Source of the DNA: Segatella copri
Lineage (GTDB): Bacteria; Bacteroidota; Bacteroidia; Bacteroidales; Bacteroidaceae
Direction of reading: 5' to 3'
Assembly: GCA_021615735.1 (NCBI GenBank)
Contig: JAJWFY010000009.1
Location: 21,527-85,526 of the forward strand
Length of the DNA stretch: 64,000 nt
Shown: piece after piece, positions 8,622 through 18,300 of the stretch
How the letters are laid out: the number at the start of each line of letters is the position of its first letter
How positions within the stretch are numbered: the first letter of the stretch is position 1
Translations under genes and position numbers: made by a program
The notes under the pieces: generated by a model
Databases searched by the model: none
The model's input: only the letters and a program-made list of their open reading frames with translations
What the model was told of the DNA's origin: nothing

Positions 8622-11600
8622 ATGGAAATCCAAAAGATAGAAAAAACATACGGGCGTTCGCCACAGGCGGATGCCCTCTTTGATTTGATGGGGAAGAAGT
8701 CGGTTCATTCCATTTTTCTCCAGGGTTTGCTGTGCTCTTCGGCTCCGATGTTCTTTGCTTCTCTGCAGGGGAAGATGAGGCGTTCGGTACTCTTCGTACT
8801 GGATGATGCCGATGAAGCAGGCTATTTTTATCACGATCTCACTCAGATGATGGGGCAGGAGAAGGTCTTCTTCTTTCCTTCCAGCTATCGGCGTGCCGTG
8901 AAATACGGGCAGCGTGATGCTGCGAACGAAATCCTACGTACAGAGGTGCTGGCGCGCCTCTCTTCTGGAGGACATTTCCTGATAGTCACTTATCCCGATG
9001 CACTGGCAGAACTCGTTGTGGCTAAGCAGAATCTGGATGAACGGATTCTGAAACTGACTGTAGGCCAGCAGATTGCTCAGACCGATGTGGTTCATACCCT
9101 GCGCGATTTCGAACTCAAAGAAACCGATTATGTTTATGAACCGGGCCAGTTTGCCGTGCGTGGAAGCATCCTCGATGTCTATTCCTACAGCTGCGAATAT
9201 CCGTTCCGTATCGACTTCTTCGGCGATGAGATTGACACCATCCGTACCTTTGATGTTGAGACCCAGCTCTCGCAGGCGAAGCGCACAGAGATAGAAATCG
9301 TGCCCGAACTCTCCCATATCGAGAGCAACAAGCAGTGTTTCCTCAATTTCCTCTCCGAAAGTACGCCAGTCGTGGCGAAAGACCTTTCTTTCGTTTGCGA
9401 CCGCATCGGTCAGATTTATACCGAAGGCTTCTCATCGCAGAGCCTTGCCGAGCAACTGGAGGGAGCCACTGAGGTGGAGGCAGAGCGCATCAGACATGAG
9501 ATGAAGACCGAGCTCAACCTCGTTTCTCCGCTCGATTTCAAGAAGGCAGTAGCGGCTCATCTCCGTATCGAGTTCGGCAAGGTCGCTCCGCCAGAGAGTT
9601 CGGCTGTGATACCTTTCAATATCGCTCCACAGCCTCTTTTCCATAAGAATTTCGATTTGCTTTGTCAGACTCTGGAGGATTTCCTGCTCCAGGGTTACAC
9701 CTTATATATATTGGCAGATAGCCAGAAGCAGCAACAGCGCCTGAAGGATATCTTTGAAAGCGAAGAGCTGAAGCGCTATGCCATCCGTTTTACACCGGTA
9801 GACAAGACGCTTCATGAAGGCTTTACTGACCATGACAAGAAGTGCTGTTTCTTTACCGATCATCAGATTTTTGACCGTTTTCATAAATATAACCTGCGCT
9901 CAGATAAAGCGAGAGCCGGCAAGATGGCACTCACCATGAAGGAACTGCAGGAGATGGAAGTGGGAGATTTTATCGTGCATGTAGACTTCGGTATCGGCAA
10001 GTTCGGCGGTCTGGTTAGGATTCCTGCGGGCAACAGCTATCAGGAAATGATCCGCATCGTCTATACGAACAATGACAAGGTGGATGTTTCTATCCACTCG
10101 CTTTATAAAATCAGCAAATACCGCCGCAGCGATACCGGTACTCCGCCACGCCTGTCTACACTGGGCACAGGAGCCTGGGATAAACTCAAGGACAAGGCTA
10201 AGAAGCGAATCAAGGACATTGCGCGCGATCTTATCAAACTCTATGCCCAGCGCCGGCGCGAGAAGGGATTCGCCTTCAGTGCCGACAATTATCTGCAGCA
10301 TACCCTGGAGGCTTCCTTCCTCTATGAAGATACGCCAGACCAGAATAAGGCTACTCAGGAAGTGAAGAAGGATATGGAGAGCGGAAGACCGATGGACCGT
10401 CTGGTTTGTGGCGATGTGGGCTTCGGCAAGACTGAGGTTGCCATCCGTGCTGCCTTCAAGGCAGCGTGCGACAGCAAGCAGGTTGCGGTGCTGGTACCTA
10501 CTACCGTTCTGGCTTTCCAGCACTATCAGACCTTCAAGAAGCGTCTGGAAGGCATGCCTGTAAGGGTAGATTACCTCAGCCGGGCACGCACGACGAAGGA
10601 AACCAGAGAGGTGCTTGATGCCCTGAAGGAGGGTAAGATAGACATCCTGATAGGTACACATAAGCTGATATCCAAGACTGTGAAATGGCATGACCTGGGA
10701 CTGCTCATCATCGATGAAGAGCAGAAGTTCGGTGTGTCTACCAAAGAGAAACTCCGTCAGCTCAAGGTGAATGTCGACACACTTACGATGAGTGCCACTC
10801 CGATTCCGCGTACCCTCCAGTTCTCTCTGATGGGCGCCCGGGATATGAGCATCATGCGCACTCCGCCACCTAACCGTTATCCGATTCATACCGAACTGGT
10901 GACGTTTAGCAGTGAAGTAATTTGCGATGCCATTAACTTCGAGATGAGCCGAAATGGTCAGGTTTATTTCGTATGCGACAGGATATCCAAGCTTCCTGAA
11001 CTCAAAATGCTCATTGAGAAGCATATTCCTGACTGTAGGGTAGCAATCGGTCACGGACAGATGAAGCCTGAGGATTTGGAGAAAATCATCATGGGCTTTA
11101 TCAATTACGATTATGATGTACTGCTTTCTACCACTATTGTAGAGAACGGTATTGATATTTCCAATGCCAATACGATTATCGTGAGCGATGCTCATCACTT
11201 TGGATTGAGTGACCTGCATCAGATGCGTGGACGCGTAGGAAGAAGCAACAAGAAGGCTTTCTGCTATCTGATGGCGCCACCTAAGAGTGCACTTACTCCT
11301 GAGGCGCGTCGCCGTCTGGAGGCTCTGGAGACGTTCAGCGAACTGGGTAGTGGCTTCAATCTCGCCATGCAGGACCTGGATATCCGCGGTGCGGGTAATC
11401 TGCTGGGCTCTGAGCAGAGCGGTTTTATGGAAGATCTGGGTTATGAAACCTACCAGAAGATTCTCTCTCAGGCTGTCACAGAGTTGAAGAACGAGGAGTT
11501 CTGTGATCTTTATCAGGAGAAGATGGAAGATGGTGCCCAGCTTACGGGTGATGATTTCGTTGACGATTGTGGCATTGAGAGCGATCTGGAGATGTATTTT

Positions 11601-12035
11601 CCTCAGACTTATGTACCGGGTGACAGTGAGCGCATGCTCCTTTATCGTGAACTGGACCGTTTGGAGAGCGATGAGGAAGTAGAGGCTTACCGCAAGCGTA
11701 TGATAGACCGTTTCGGTCCTGTGCCTCACGAGGCAGACGAACTGATGCATGTGGTAGGTCTGCGTAGGGTAGGCAAGAAGCTAGGTTGCGAGAAGATTAT
11801 TCTCAAGCAGGGCTATATGCAGATGCAGTTTGTGAGCAATGTAAACAGTCCGTTCTACAGAAGTCAGATGTTTAACCGCATACTCGCTTACGTTACCAGT
11901 CATATTCAGGACTGTGTACTGAAGGAAAAATTCAACAAGCGAATGCTTCGTATCAATGATGTGAAGACGGTAGGGCAGGCTGTAAACCTGCTGAATCAGA
12001 TATCGCAGATTGATTTAGGTAATGAAAAGAAATAA
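8622..12035 (+). CDS. mfd: Transcription-repair coupling factor
   Basis: 1137 aa. It has a UvrB-homology N-terminus, a CarD-like region (VGDFIVHVDFGIGKF), SF2 helicase motifs (GDVGFGKTEVA, DEEQKFG, MSATPIPRT, QMRGRVGR) and a TRCF C-terminal domain. The 9900..11750 minus ORF is a shadow. Confidence 0.95.
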   Translation: MEIQKIEKTYGRSPQADALFDLMGKKSVHSIFLQGLLCSSAPMFFASLQGKMRRSVLFVLDDADEAGYFYHDLTQMMGQEKVFFFPSSYRRAVKYGQRDAANEILRTEVLARLSSGGHFLIVTYPDALAELVVAKQNLDERILKLTVGQQIAQTDVVHTLRDFELKETDYVYEPGQFAVRGSILDVYSYSCEYPFRIDFFGDEIDTIRTFDVETQLSQAKRTEIEIVPELSHIESNKQCFLNFLSESTPVVAKDLSFVCDRIGQIYTEGFSSQSLAEQLEGATEVEAERIRHEMKTELNLVSPLDFKKAVAAHLRIEFGKVAPPESSAVIPFNIAPQPLFHKNFDLLCQTLEDFLLQGYTLYILADSQKQQQRLKDIFESEELKRYAIRFTPVDKTLHEGFTDHDKKCCFFTDHQIFDRFHKYNLRSDKARAGKMALTMKELQEMEVGDFIVHVDFGIGKFGGLVRIPAGNSYQEMIRIVYTNNDKVDVSIHSLYKISKYRRSDTGTPPRLSTLGTGAWDKLKDKAKKRIKDIARDLIKLYAQRRREKGFAFSADNYLQHTLEASFLYEDTPDQNKATQEVKKDMESGRPMDRLVCGDVGFGKTEVAIRAAFKAACDSKQVAVLVPTTVLAFQHYQTFKKRLEGMPVRVDYLSRARTTKETREVLDALKEGKIDILIGTHKLISKTVKWHDLGLLIIDEEQKFGVSTKEKLRQLKVNVDTLTMSATPIPRTLQFSLMGARDMSIMRTPPPNRYPIHTELVTFSSEVICDAINFEMSRNGQVYFVCDRISKLPELKMLIEKHIPDCRVAIGHGQMKPEDLEKIIMGFINYDYDVLLSTTIVENGIDISNANTIIVSDAHHFGLSDLHQMRGRVGRSNKKAFCYLMAPPKSALTPEARRRLEALETFSELGSGFNLAMQDLDIRGAGNLLGSEQSGFMEDLGYETYQKILSQAVTELKNEEFCDLYQEKMEDGAQLTGDDFVDDCGIESDLEMYFPQTYVPGDSERMLLYRELDRLESDEEVEAYRKRMIDRFGPVPHEADELMHVVGLRRVGKKLGCEKIILKQGYMQMQFVSNVNSPFYRSQMFNRILAYVTSHIQDCVLKEKFNKRMLRINDVKTVGQAVNLLNQISQIDLGNEKK

Positions 12036-12185
12036 TCTGTGTCTACAGTCTATGGGTAAAATCCTGTATCAATTGTGGGAGTAGACAATAAAACAGACTG
12101 TTGATTTATACTGAAAGGTTATAAATCAGACAACGTTACATGATGATATGTCAACTTTACATGATGATATGTTTCAGTTTAGTGT

Positions 12186-12292
12186 ATAAAAAAAACATTG
12201 GAATCTCAATATCACTATTGAACTCCAATGTTTTATTTTTTTGTATAAGTAAAAGATGATGATAAGCGTTTCACAACGCATTTTGAATTTTT
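12186..12292 (-). ncRNA. Candidate small RNA (~105 nt), unclassified
   Basis: It is bounded by the orphan -7 box at 12299-12306 and the terminator at 12192-12234. It contains an internal hairpin gcgtt-GTGA-aacgc. No credible ORF is present. Confidence 0.3.
12192..12234. terminator. Bidirectional intrinsic terminator (mfd on +, orphan transcript on -)
   Basis: The hairpin is aaaacattgga..tcaata-gtga-tattga..tccaatgtttt. It is preceded by an A8 run and followed by a T-rich run. Confidence 0.6.
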
Positions 12293-12298
12293 CTGTTG

Positions 12299-12306
12299 CA
12301 AAGATA
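12299..12306 (-). promoter_or_regulatory. Orphan -7 box (no CDS downstream)
   Basis: TATCTTTGCAAC on the minus strand. It faces the hairpin at 12192-12234. Confidence 0.5.
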
Positions 12307-12498
12307 CTGTTTTTTATTATAATATAGGGGGTAATATTTGGTATTTTATGGGGTAATATTTGATTAAGTTTATAAAAATAGCACTGAAAATACACTTATA
12401 TAACAAATAATACCTGTAGAATGAACTATTTTATTGGATAAAAATAAAAAAATAGTGGAAAAACAGATAAAAAAGTTTTTTATTTCATTTTTTATTTG

Positions 12499-12506
12499 TA
12501 CCTTTG
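12499..12506 (+). promoter_or_regulatory. -7 box for the trpB2-like gene
   Basis: TACCTTTG, 37 nt before the ATG at 12543. Confidence 0.6.
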
Positions 12507-12542
12507 TTCAGGCATACAACAATTTTAAACATATATATAGAC

Positions 12543-13904
12543 ATGAGACAGAAAAAGTACATCTTAAGCGAGCAGGAACTTCCTACTCAGTGGTACAACA
12601 TTCAGGCAGATATGCCTAACAAGCCATTGCCACCGTTGAACCCTCAGACTCATCAGCCAATGAATGCTGATGACTTGTCACACGTATTTAATAAGGAGTG
12701 CTCAAAGCAGGAACTTGATACAGAGCATGCCTGGATTGATATTCCAGAAGATGTGTTGGAGAAGTACACCTTCTACCGTTCAACACCTCTTGTACGTGCT
12801 TACGCCCTTGAGGAGGCACTTGGTACGCCAGCGCATATCTACTTCAAGAATGAGAGTACCAACCCGTTAGGTTCTCATAAAATCAATTCTGCTATTCCTC
12901 AGTGCTACTATTGTAAGCAGGAGGGTGATACCAATGTCACAACAGAGACTGGTGCAGGTCAGTGGGGTGCAGCCCTTTCTTATGCAGCTAAGCTCTACGG
13001 TTTGGAGGCTGCGGTTTATCAGGTAAAGATTACCATGCAGCAGAAACCATACCGTTCTAGCATCATGCGTACGTTTGGAGCCACTGTAGAGGGTTCTCCT
13101 TCTATGAGTACACGTGCTGGTAAGAATATCATTACACGCGATCCTCATCATCCTGGTTCGCTCGGTACAGCCATCAGTGAGGCTGTTGAGTTGGCTACAA
13201 CCACACCGGGCTGTAAGTATACGCTGGGTTCTGTGCTCAATCATGTGGCACTTCACCAGACCATTATCGGTCTTGAGGCAGAGAAGCAGATGGCGATGGC
13301 AGGTGAGTATCCTGATCAGGTGATTGCTTGTTTCGGTGGCGGTAGTAACTTCGGTGGTATTGCCTTCCCATTCCTCCGTCATAACTTTACTGGCGAGCGC
13401 CATACTGAATTTATTGCTGCAGAACCAGAGAGCTGTCCTAAGCTGACTCGCGGTAAATTTGAGTACGATTTCGGTGATGAAGCAGGTTATACTCCATTGC
13501 TGCCAATGTTTACTCTGGGTCATGATTTCAAGCCTGCCAACATTCATGCCGGTGGTCTGCGTTATCATGGTGCGGGTATGATTATCTCACAGCTTCTGAA
13601 GGATGGTTATCTGCATGGTGTAGATATCCCACAGTTGGAGTCATTCAAGGCGGGTATGCTCTTCGCTCAAACTGAGGGTATTATCCCTGCCCCAGAGAGC
13701 TGTCATGCGATTGCAGCCACTATTCGTGAGGCTCAGAAGGCTAAGGAAGAGGGCAAGGAGAAGGTTATCCTGTTCTGTCTCTCAGGTCATGGTCTTATCG
13801 ATATGCCGTCTTACGATAGCTATATTAATGGCGATTTGCACGATTATTCTGTTAGTGATGAAGAAATCCAGCAGTTCCTCAAGGATGTGCCAAAGGTTGA
13901 GTAA
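12543..13904 (+). CDS. TrpB2-like PLP-dependent tryptophan synthase beta-chain homologue (stand-alone)
   Basis: The motifs are FKNESTNPLGSHKINSA (PLP lysine context), ETGAGQWGAA, CFGGGSNFGG and the long TrpB2-type N-terminal extension. The ATG at 12543 lies 37 nt after a -7 box. Confidence 0.85.
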   Translation: MRQKKYILSEQELPTQWYNIQADMPNKPLPPLNPQTHQPMNADDLSHVFNKECSKQELDTEHAWIDIPEDVLEKYTFYRSTPLVRAYALEEALGTPAHIYFKNESTNPLGSHKINSAIPQCYYCKQEGDTNVTTETGAGQWGAALSYAAKLYGLEAAVYQVKITMQQKPYRSSIMRTFGATVEGSPSMSTRAGKNIITRDPHHPGSLGTAISEAVELATTTPGCKYTLGSVLNHVALHQTIIGLEAEKQMAMAGEYPDQVIACFGGGSNFGGIAFPFLRHNFTGERHTEFIAAEPESCPKLTRGKFEYDFGDEAGYTPLLPMFTLGHDFKPANIHAGGLRYHGAGMIISQLLKDGYLHGVDIPQLESFKAGMLFAQTEGIIPAPESCHAIAATIREAQKAKEEGKEKVILFCLSGHGLIDMPSYDSYINGDLHDYSVSDEEIQQFLKDVPKVE

Positions 13905-13946
13905 TAGTTAATAGTTTATAGTTAATAGTTTATAGCAAACAGTTGA
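13905..13946 (+). repeat. Heptad array TAGTTAA/TAGTTTA x5-6
   Basis: It starts at the nucleotide after the trpB2-like stop codon. Confidence 0.85.
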
Positions 13947-13995
13947 CAATTATTCTTTGAGATATATTGAAATAACAATATCACATGATAAAAGA

Positions 13996-14027
13996 AGCCA
14001 GGCTGCGAAAAGCAACCTGGCTTTTTA
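13996..14027 (+). terminator. Intrinsic terminator of the trpB2-like gene
   Basis: Stem agccagg/cctggct followed by TTTTT. Confidence 0.6.
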
Positions 14028-14089
14028 TTTAGAGATTCTATTTCTTTTATTTAGAGATTCTATTCTCAGTTCGAGACTTCTATCTTTCA

Positions 14090-14644
14090 TTAGAAGTTCA
14101 ACCACTCTTCGATTGCCTTAGCGATAACATCGAAGCTTGTGGTAGGCTCGAAACGGGCAACAACCTGACCTTTCTTGTTGACGAGGAACTTGGTAAAGTT
14201 CCACTTGATATCAGCACTCTCCTTGTAGTTAGGATCAGCCTCGCTCAACATCTTGTCGAGAACAGGGTAGAGAGGATGACTCTCGTCCCAACCAGCAAAG
14301 CCCTTACATTCTTTCAAGAATTTGAAGAGAGGGGCAGCATCGTCTCCGTTTACCTTGATCTTCTTGTAGCGCTGGAACTCTGTGCCGTATGTAAGCTTGC
14401 AGAACTGATGAATGCTTTCATCTGTACCAGGGGCTTGCTGACCAAACTGGTTGCAAGGGAAATCAAGTATTTCGAAACCTTGAGAATGATAGGTCTCATA
14501 AAGTTTCTCCAGTTCCTCATACTGAGGGGTGAAACCACACTTTGTGGCGGTGTTAACGATGAGCAGCACTTCGTTGGCATACTCCTTGAGGGAAACATCC
14601 TTTCCCTTTCTGTCTTTAACAGAAAATTCGTAAACAGTTCTCAT
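14090..14644 (-). CDS. gpx: Glutathione peroxidase
   Basis: LLIVNTATKCGFTPQYEELEKLY..LDFPCNQFGQQAPG..WNFTKFLV are the canonical Gpx motifs, with a Cys active site. Confidence 0.9.
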   Translation of the reverse strand: MRTVYEFSVKDRKGKDVSLKEYANEVLLIVNTATKCGFTPQYEELEKLYETYHSQGFEILDFPCNQFGQQAPGTDESIHQFCKLTYGTEFQRYKKIKVNGDDAAPLFKFLKECKGFAGWDESHPLYPVLDKMLSEADPNYKESADIKWNFTKFLVNKKGQVVARFEPTTSFDVIAKAIEEWLNF

Positions 14645-14706
14645 TTTTTTTATCTTTATGTATGTGTTATCTATATTTCCGATCTCAACTTATATGATCT
14701 AGAGTG

Positions 14707-14714
14707 CAAAGATA
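14707..14714 (-). promoter_or_regulatory. -7 box for gpx
   Basis: TATCTTTGCAC on the minus strand, 63 nt before the ATG at 14644. Confidence 0.6.
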
Positions 14715-14882
14715 CTACTTTTCTCTTAGAATACTTCAATAGTTTTTTTAAAAATTCTAAAAATCGAACAAAATCATAGATGAATGGATAAGCATATCAT
14801 ATATAATAATGTATTGAAAAGAAGATGTGTGTAGAATGAGGGGCTACACGTAATCAGCATCAGGCTGCATGAAAATAAAAAA

Positions 14883-14990
14883 TGCAGGATTTTCACAAAC
14901 CCTGCATTCCTTTTTCTGTTCCTCTTTTTCCTCAAAAAAACAAAGAAAAAGAGGTTTACGATTAATCTATCATTTAACTTTTCTAAGAAC
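14883..14990 (-). ncRNA. Candidate small RNA (~108 nt), unclassified
   Basis: It is bounded by the orphan -7 box at 14997-15004 and the terminator at 14892-14919. It contains an internal 10-bp hairpin, cctctttttc/gaaaaagagg. Confidence 0.3.
14892..14919. terminator. Bidirectional hairpin terminator
   Basis: Stem atgcagg/cctgcat, flanked by aaaataaaaa upstream and tccttttt downstream. Confidence 0.5.
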
Positions 14991-14996
14991 TTGTTG

Positions 14997-15004
14997 CAAA
15001 GATA
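14997..15004 (-). promoter_or_regulatory. Orphan -7 box (no CDS downstream)
   Basis: TATCTTTGCAAC on the minus strand. It faces the hairpin at 14892-14919. Confidence 0.5.
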
Positions 15005-15260
15005 CTACATTTTCTTGTAACACCAAACTTTTTCTCAGTTTTTTTTCAGTAAAAAGGGAAAATTAATCAAATACCCCCCCCCATTTTTATACTTTTTTGC
15101 AATATTCGGTCAAAAAACTAAGCAAAACGGCTCAATTTTATGACTATTCTGCTTTTTTCCTTGCTTAAACGTTTTGCTGTGTGCGATAACGAATAAGGCT
15201 GTGCCCGACAACAACTGAAGATATATCCTGTAAGATGTATTACTTTTGTCAATACAGATA

Positions 15261-15290
15261 AAAGCAGCCATCAGTAATGATGACTGCTTT
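15261..15290 (-). terminator. Terminator of the HTCS-like gene
   Basis: aaagcagccatc-agtaat-gatgactgcttt gives a 12-bp stem with 1 mismatch, 19 nt after the stop codon. Confidence 0.5.
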
Positions 15291-15308
15291 CATCTGTAAT
15301 GATGCAAG

Positions 15309-18300
15309 CTACACTTGCGTTCTGTTTCGGTATTCAGTAGGTACGATACCCGTTTCTTTCTTGAATACCTTCGAGAAATACTTAGGGTCGGTGAAACCTA
15401 CTGCGAAGGCGATGCTGCTCAGTGTATCGTCTGTCTTGCGTAACATCTCGCATGCCTTCTTGATACGTATATGGCGAACGAAGTCTACCGGTGTCATTCC
15501 GGTCGTTGCTTTCACCTTATTATATAGTACGCTTCGGCTCATACCGATTTCGTTCGAGATGTCATCAATCTTGAGTTCCGGATTGCCTGTATGGGCAACA
15601 ACAAATCTGAAGACACGCATCATGGCTCTGTCCTGAATCTGTGCCGCTATAAATGCCAGCTCGCTGTTTGGATCAACCGTTTCGTTCTCGGCACTAGTTT
15701 CAGCCTGGTTAAGAGCAGGCTGAGGAACTGCTGCAGGCAGTATTCGCAGGGCTGCTATGGCATCTTTATCGCCAGTTTCCTTCAGTTTTCTGATGACATC
15801 CATCTGAATGTTGCGGCGCTGGGTGAGGATAGCCTCTATTCTGCCGAGCAGATAAGGGGTAGAGAATGGCTTGGTGATATAGGCGTCAACTCCTTCATCA
15901 AAACCTCGCTGCTGATCTTCTACGCTTGCCTTGGCCGAGAGAATCATCACTGGGATGTTGTTGAGGGTGGTATCCTGCTTGATCTCGTGAATCATCGACA
16001 AACCATCCATCACAGGCATGGTAACGTCCGTGAGGATAAAGTCTGGTATCTCCTTGCGGACCATCACTAAACCAGCCTTTCCGTTCTCTGCAAGCAGCAC
16101 GTTATAGGTAGGCGAGAGGATACTGTAGAGGAACTTGCGCAGGTCGGCATTGTCTTCTACTACCAGTATCGTCTGGTCTTTGAGTTCCGCTTCTTCCTGT
16201 GCTTCTTTCTGTTCCTTGCCCATTTCTTCCAGTCGTTCAGCCTTTTCATCCTTTTCTTCTTTCTGTTTGTTGGTTTCTTCCAGATAGTCAGATGCATTGT
16301 GGTCGTCAATCTGGCCATTCGCTTTTTCTCTTTCTGCCAGGTCGTAATCTTCTTCGGTCAGACCGCTGTTCGTATGGAAGTCTGCATTGTTGCCATACCT
16401 CTGAACCTTGTCCAGTGTCATCAGCATATCGTTGGCATTGTCTACCACCATTTTCAGCAGTTCCTTGCCCTTGCGGGTGATACCCGGCTCGGTTTCCAAA
16501 ACGGTTTTTACCGGGGCTCCGATGAGCGTTAATGGGGTTCTCAGGCGGTTGGCTGCATCGCTGTAGAATTCGTTCTTCAGCATGCTCATTTCGTGGCTTA
16601 CGTTCTCGCGCTGGCGCTGGTTGTAGGTATAGAAGATGGCACCTACGATACCGATGAGCAGGAGCAGCATGAGAAACTTGCCCCAGATGCTCTCCCAGAA
16701 GGTAGGGCGCACTTCGATAGGCAGTTCTGCTACATATTTGCTCCATACGCCATGAGAGTTGGTGGCTCTCACTTTGAGTACATAGTTGCCATGGCTGATA
16801 CGGTTAAAGCCGATGACATTGCTGCTTCCGTTCGAAATCCACTCGCCCGGAGCGGTATAACCATCGATGCGATAGAGGTATTGGGTCTGATACTTGCGTT
16901 CATAGTCGAGCGAAGCAAAGGTGATGGTCAGGTTTCGCTTATTGGCTGGAATCACCACTTTTTCCTTGTGCAGGATAGGCTCCGACTCTTTCTCTCCGCT
17001 ATAGTTGAGGGAACTGAAGACGACCTTAGGCTGGTAGTTACTCTTCTTCAGCGTAGCCGGATTGAAGGTAATCAGTCCCATAGGGGTACCTACCGAGATG
17101 TTGTTGCTTGCCGGGTCGTGGTATGGGCGGCTGTTCGAGAACGACATGTTGAAGTCGAAATCGTTAGGTCCGAACACGTTGCACTTGCCCGTTTTCGGGT
17201 CTACGCAGTCGATGCTCGATTCTCTGATCACCCAGATTCTTCCCTGGTTGTCTTCTACCATGCCCTGTACGATGCCTTCGTTTATATTGATGGGATGGAA
17301 GTATTTCATCTTCAGGTTGTCTTGCAGGAGCGATTTGTTCACAATCTCTTCCATCACACCGCCCTGTTGCGAGATATACATCTTTCCGCTGGTATGCTCC
17401 ATGATGTTGTTCACATCGTTTGCTGCCAGACTTGTGGTATCGTTCGGTATGTAGTAGGTCTTGTGATAATTGATTTTCCTTGCGTTTGTAAAGGCATCAC
17501 TGAAGGTGATGAGACCGTCTGTAGTTCCTACAAGAATGGTTCCCGTAGTGGTGCAGCAGATGCGGCGTACGCGGTCGTAGTGCTGCTTCTCCCAAGGCAG
17601 TCCGTTTCGTTTACTGATGAAGCTGATACTGCCGTCTGCTGCCTCATTTACCAGGGCGATACCGCCACCATAGGTACCTATCCAGATGCGTCCGGTGCGG
17701 TCGGCTACGATGTCGAATACCTTGTCGAATGGCAGTGAAGCGGGGTCGTTTGCATCGTAGGTAAAGTGCCTTACCTGCATCTTGTCTATCAGATAAATAC
17801 CGTTACCGTTGGTTCCAATCCATGCTCTTCCCTTGATATCGAAGTAGATGGAGAAGATGCCCTTTTCGGCGAAGTTTACCTGTTGTGGCACGATTTGTCC
17901 GCTTGGCGAAAGGTAACCGATGCTCTGGTAGGATGCGTTGAGTACCTGGATTACTCCATTGTGATAGCCTGTCCAGATATGTCCGTCTGGTGATGCATTT
18001 ACCGAGAACACTTCGTCTTCGCCCACATCCAGCTTGTTGATAATGTAAGGGTGATATTTGAAGACTACCTGTGTCAGGTCGTGAGAGCCTGTCAGCCAGA
18101 GGATTCCCTGGTCAGAGAGTACATATTTCGTAATCTTCGGTATGCGGTAGTTGCCCGATGAGTTGCTTCTGAGCAGATAAGGCACCAGTTTTCCTGCCTT
18201 GCGGTCAAAATAACTGAAGGTTCCTCCTCTTGGCACTACCCAGAGGGTCTTGTTTTCGTCTTGTGTGATGAAATTGCTTTCGCAGGTTGTGCGGTCCATC

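Noticed and set aside
12174-12395. A 73-aa minus ORF between mfd and the trpB2-like gene.
   Set aside because: It has an extremely AT-rich, I/F/K/Y-biased composition. It spans the promoter box and the terminator hairpin, so the putative start lies upstream of the only promoter. It is more likely non-coding.
15074-15082. A C9 homopolymer as a phase-variation switch.
   Set aside because: It lies in a 660-bp intergenic region. It is more than 200 nt from any start codon and is not between a -33/-7 pair that I can identify. Without population data there is no support for slipped-strand regulation.
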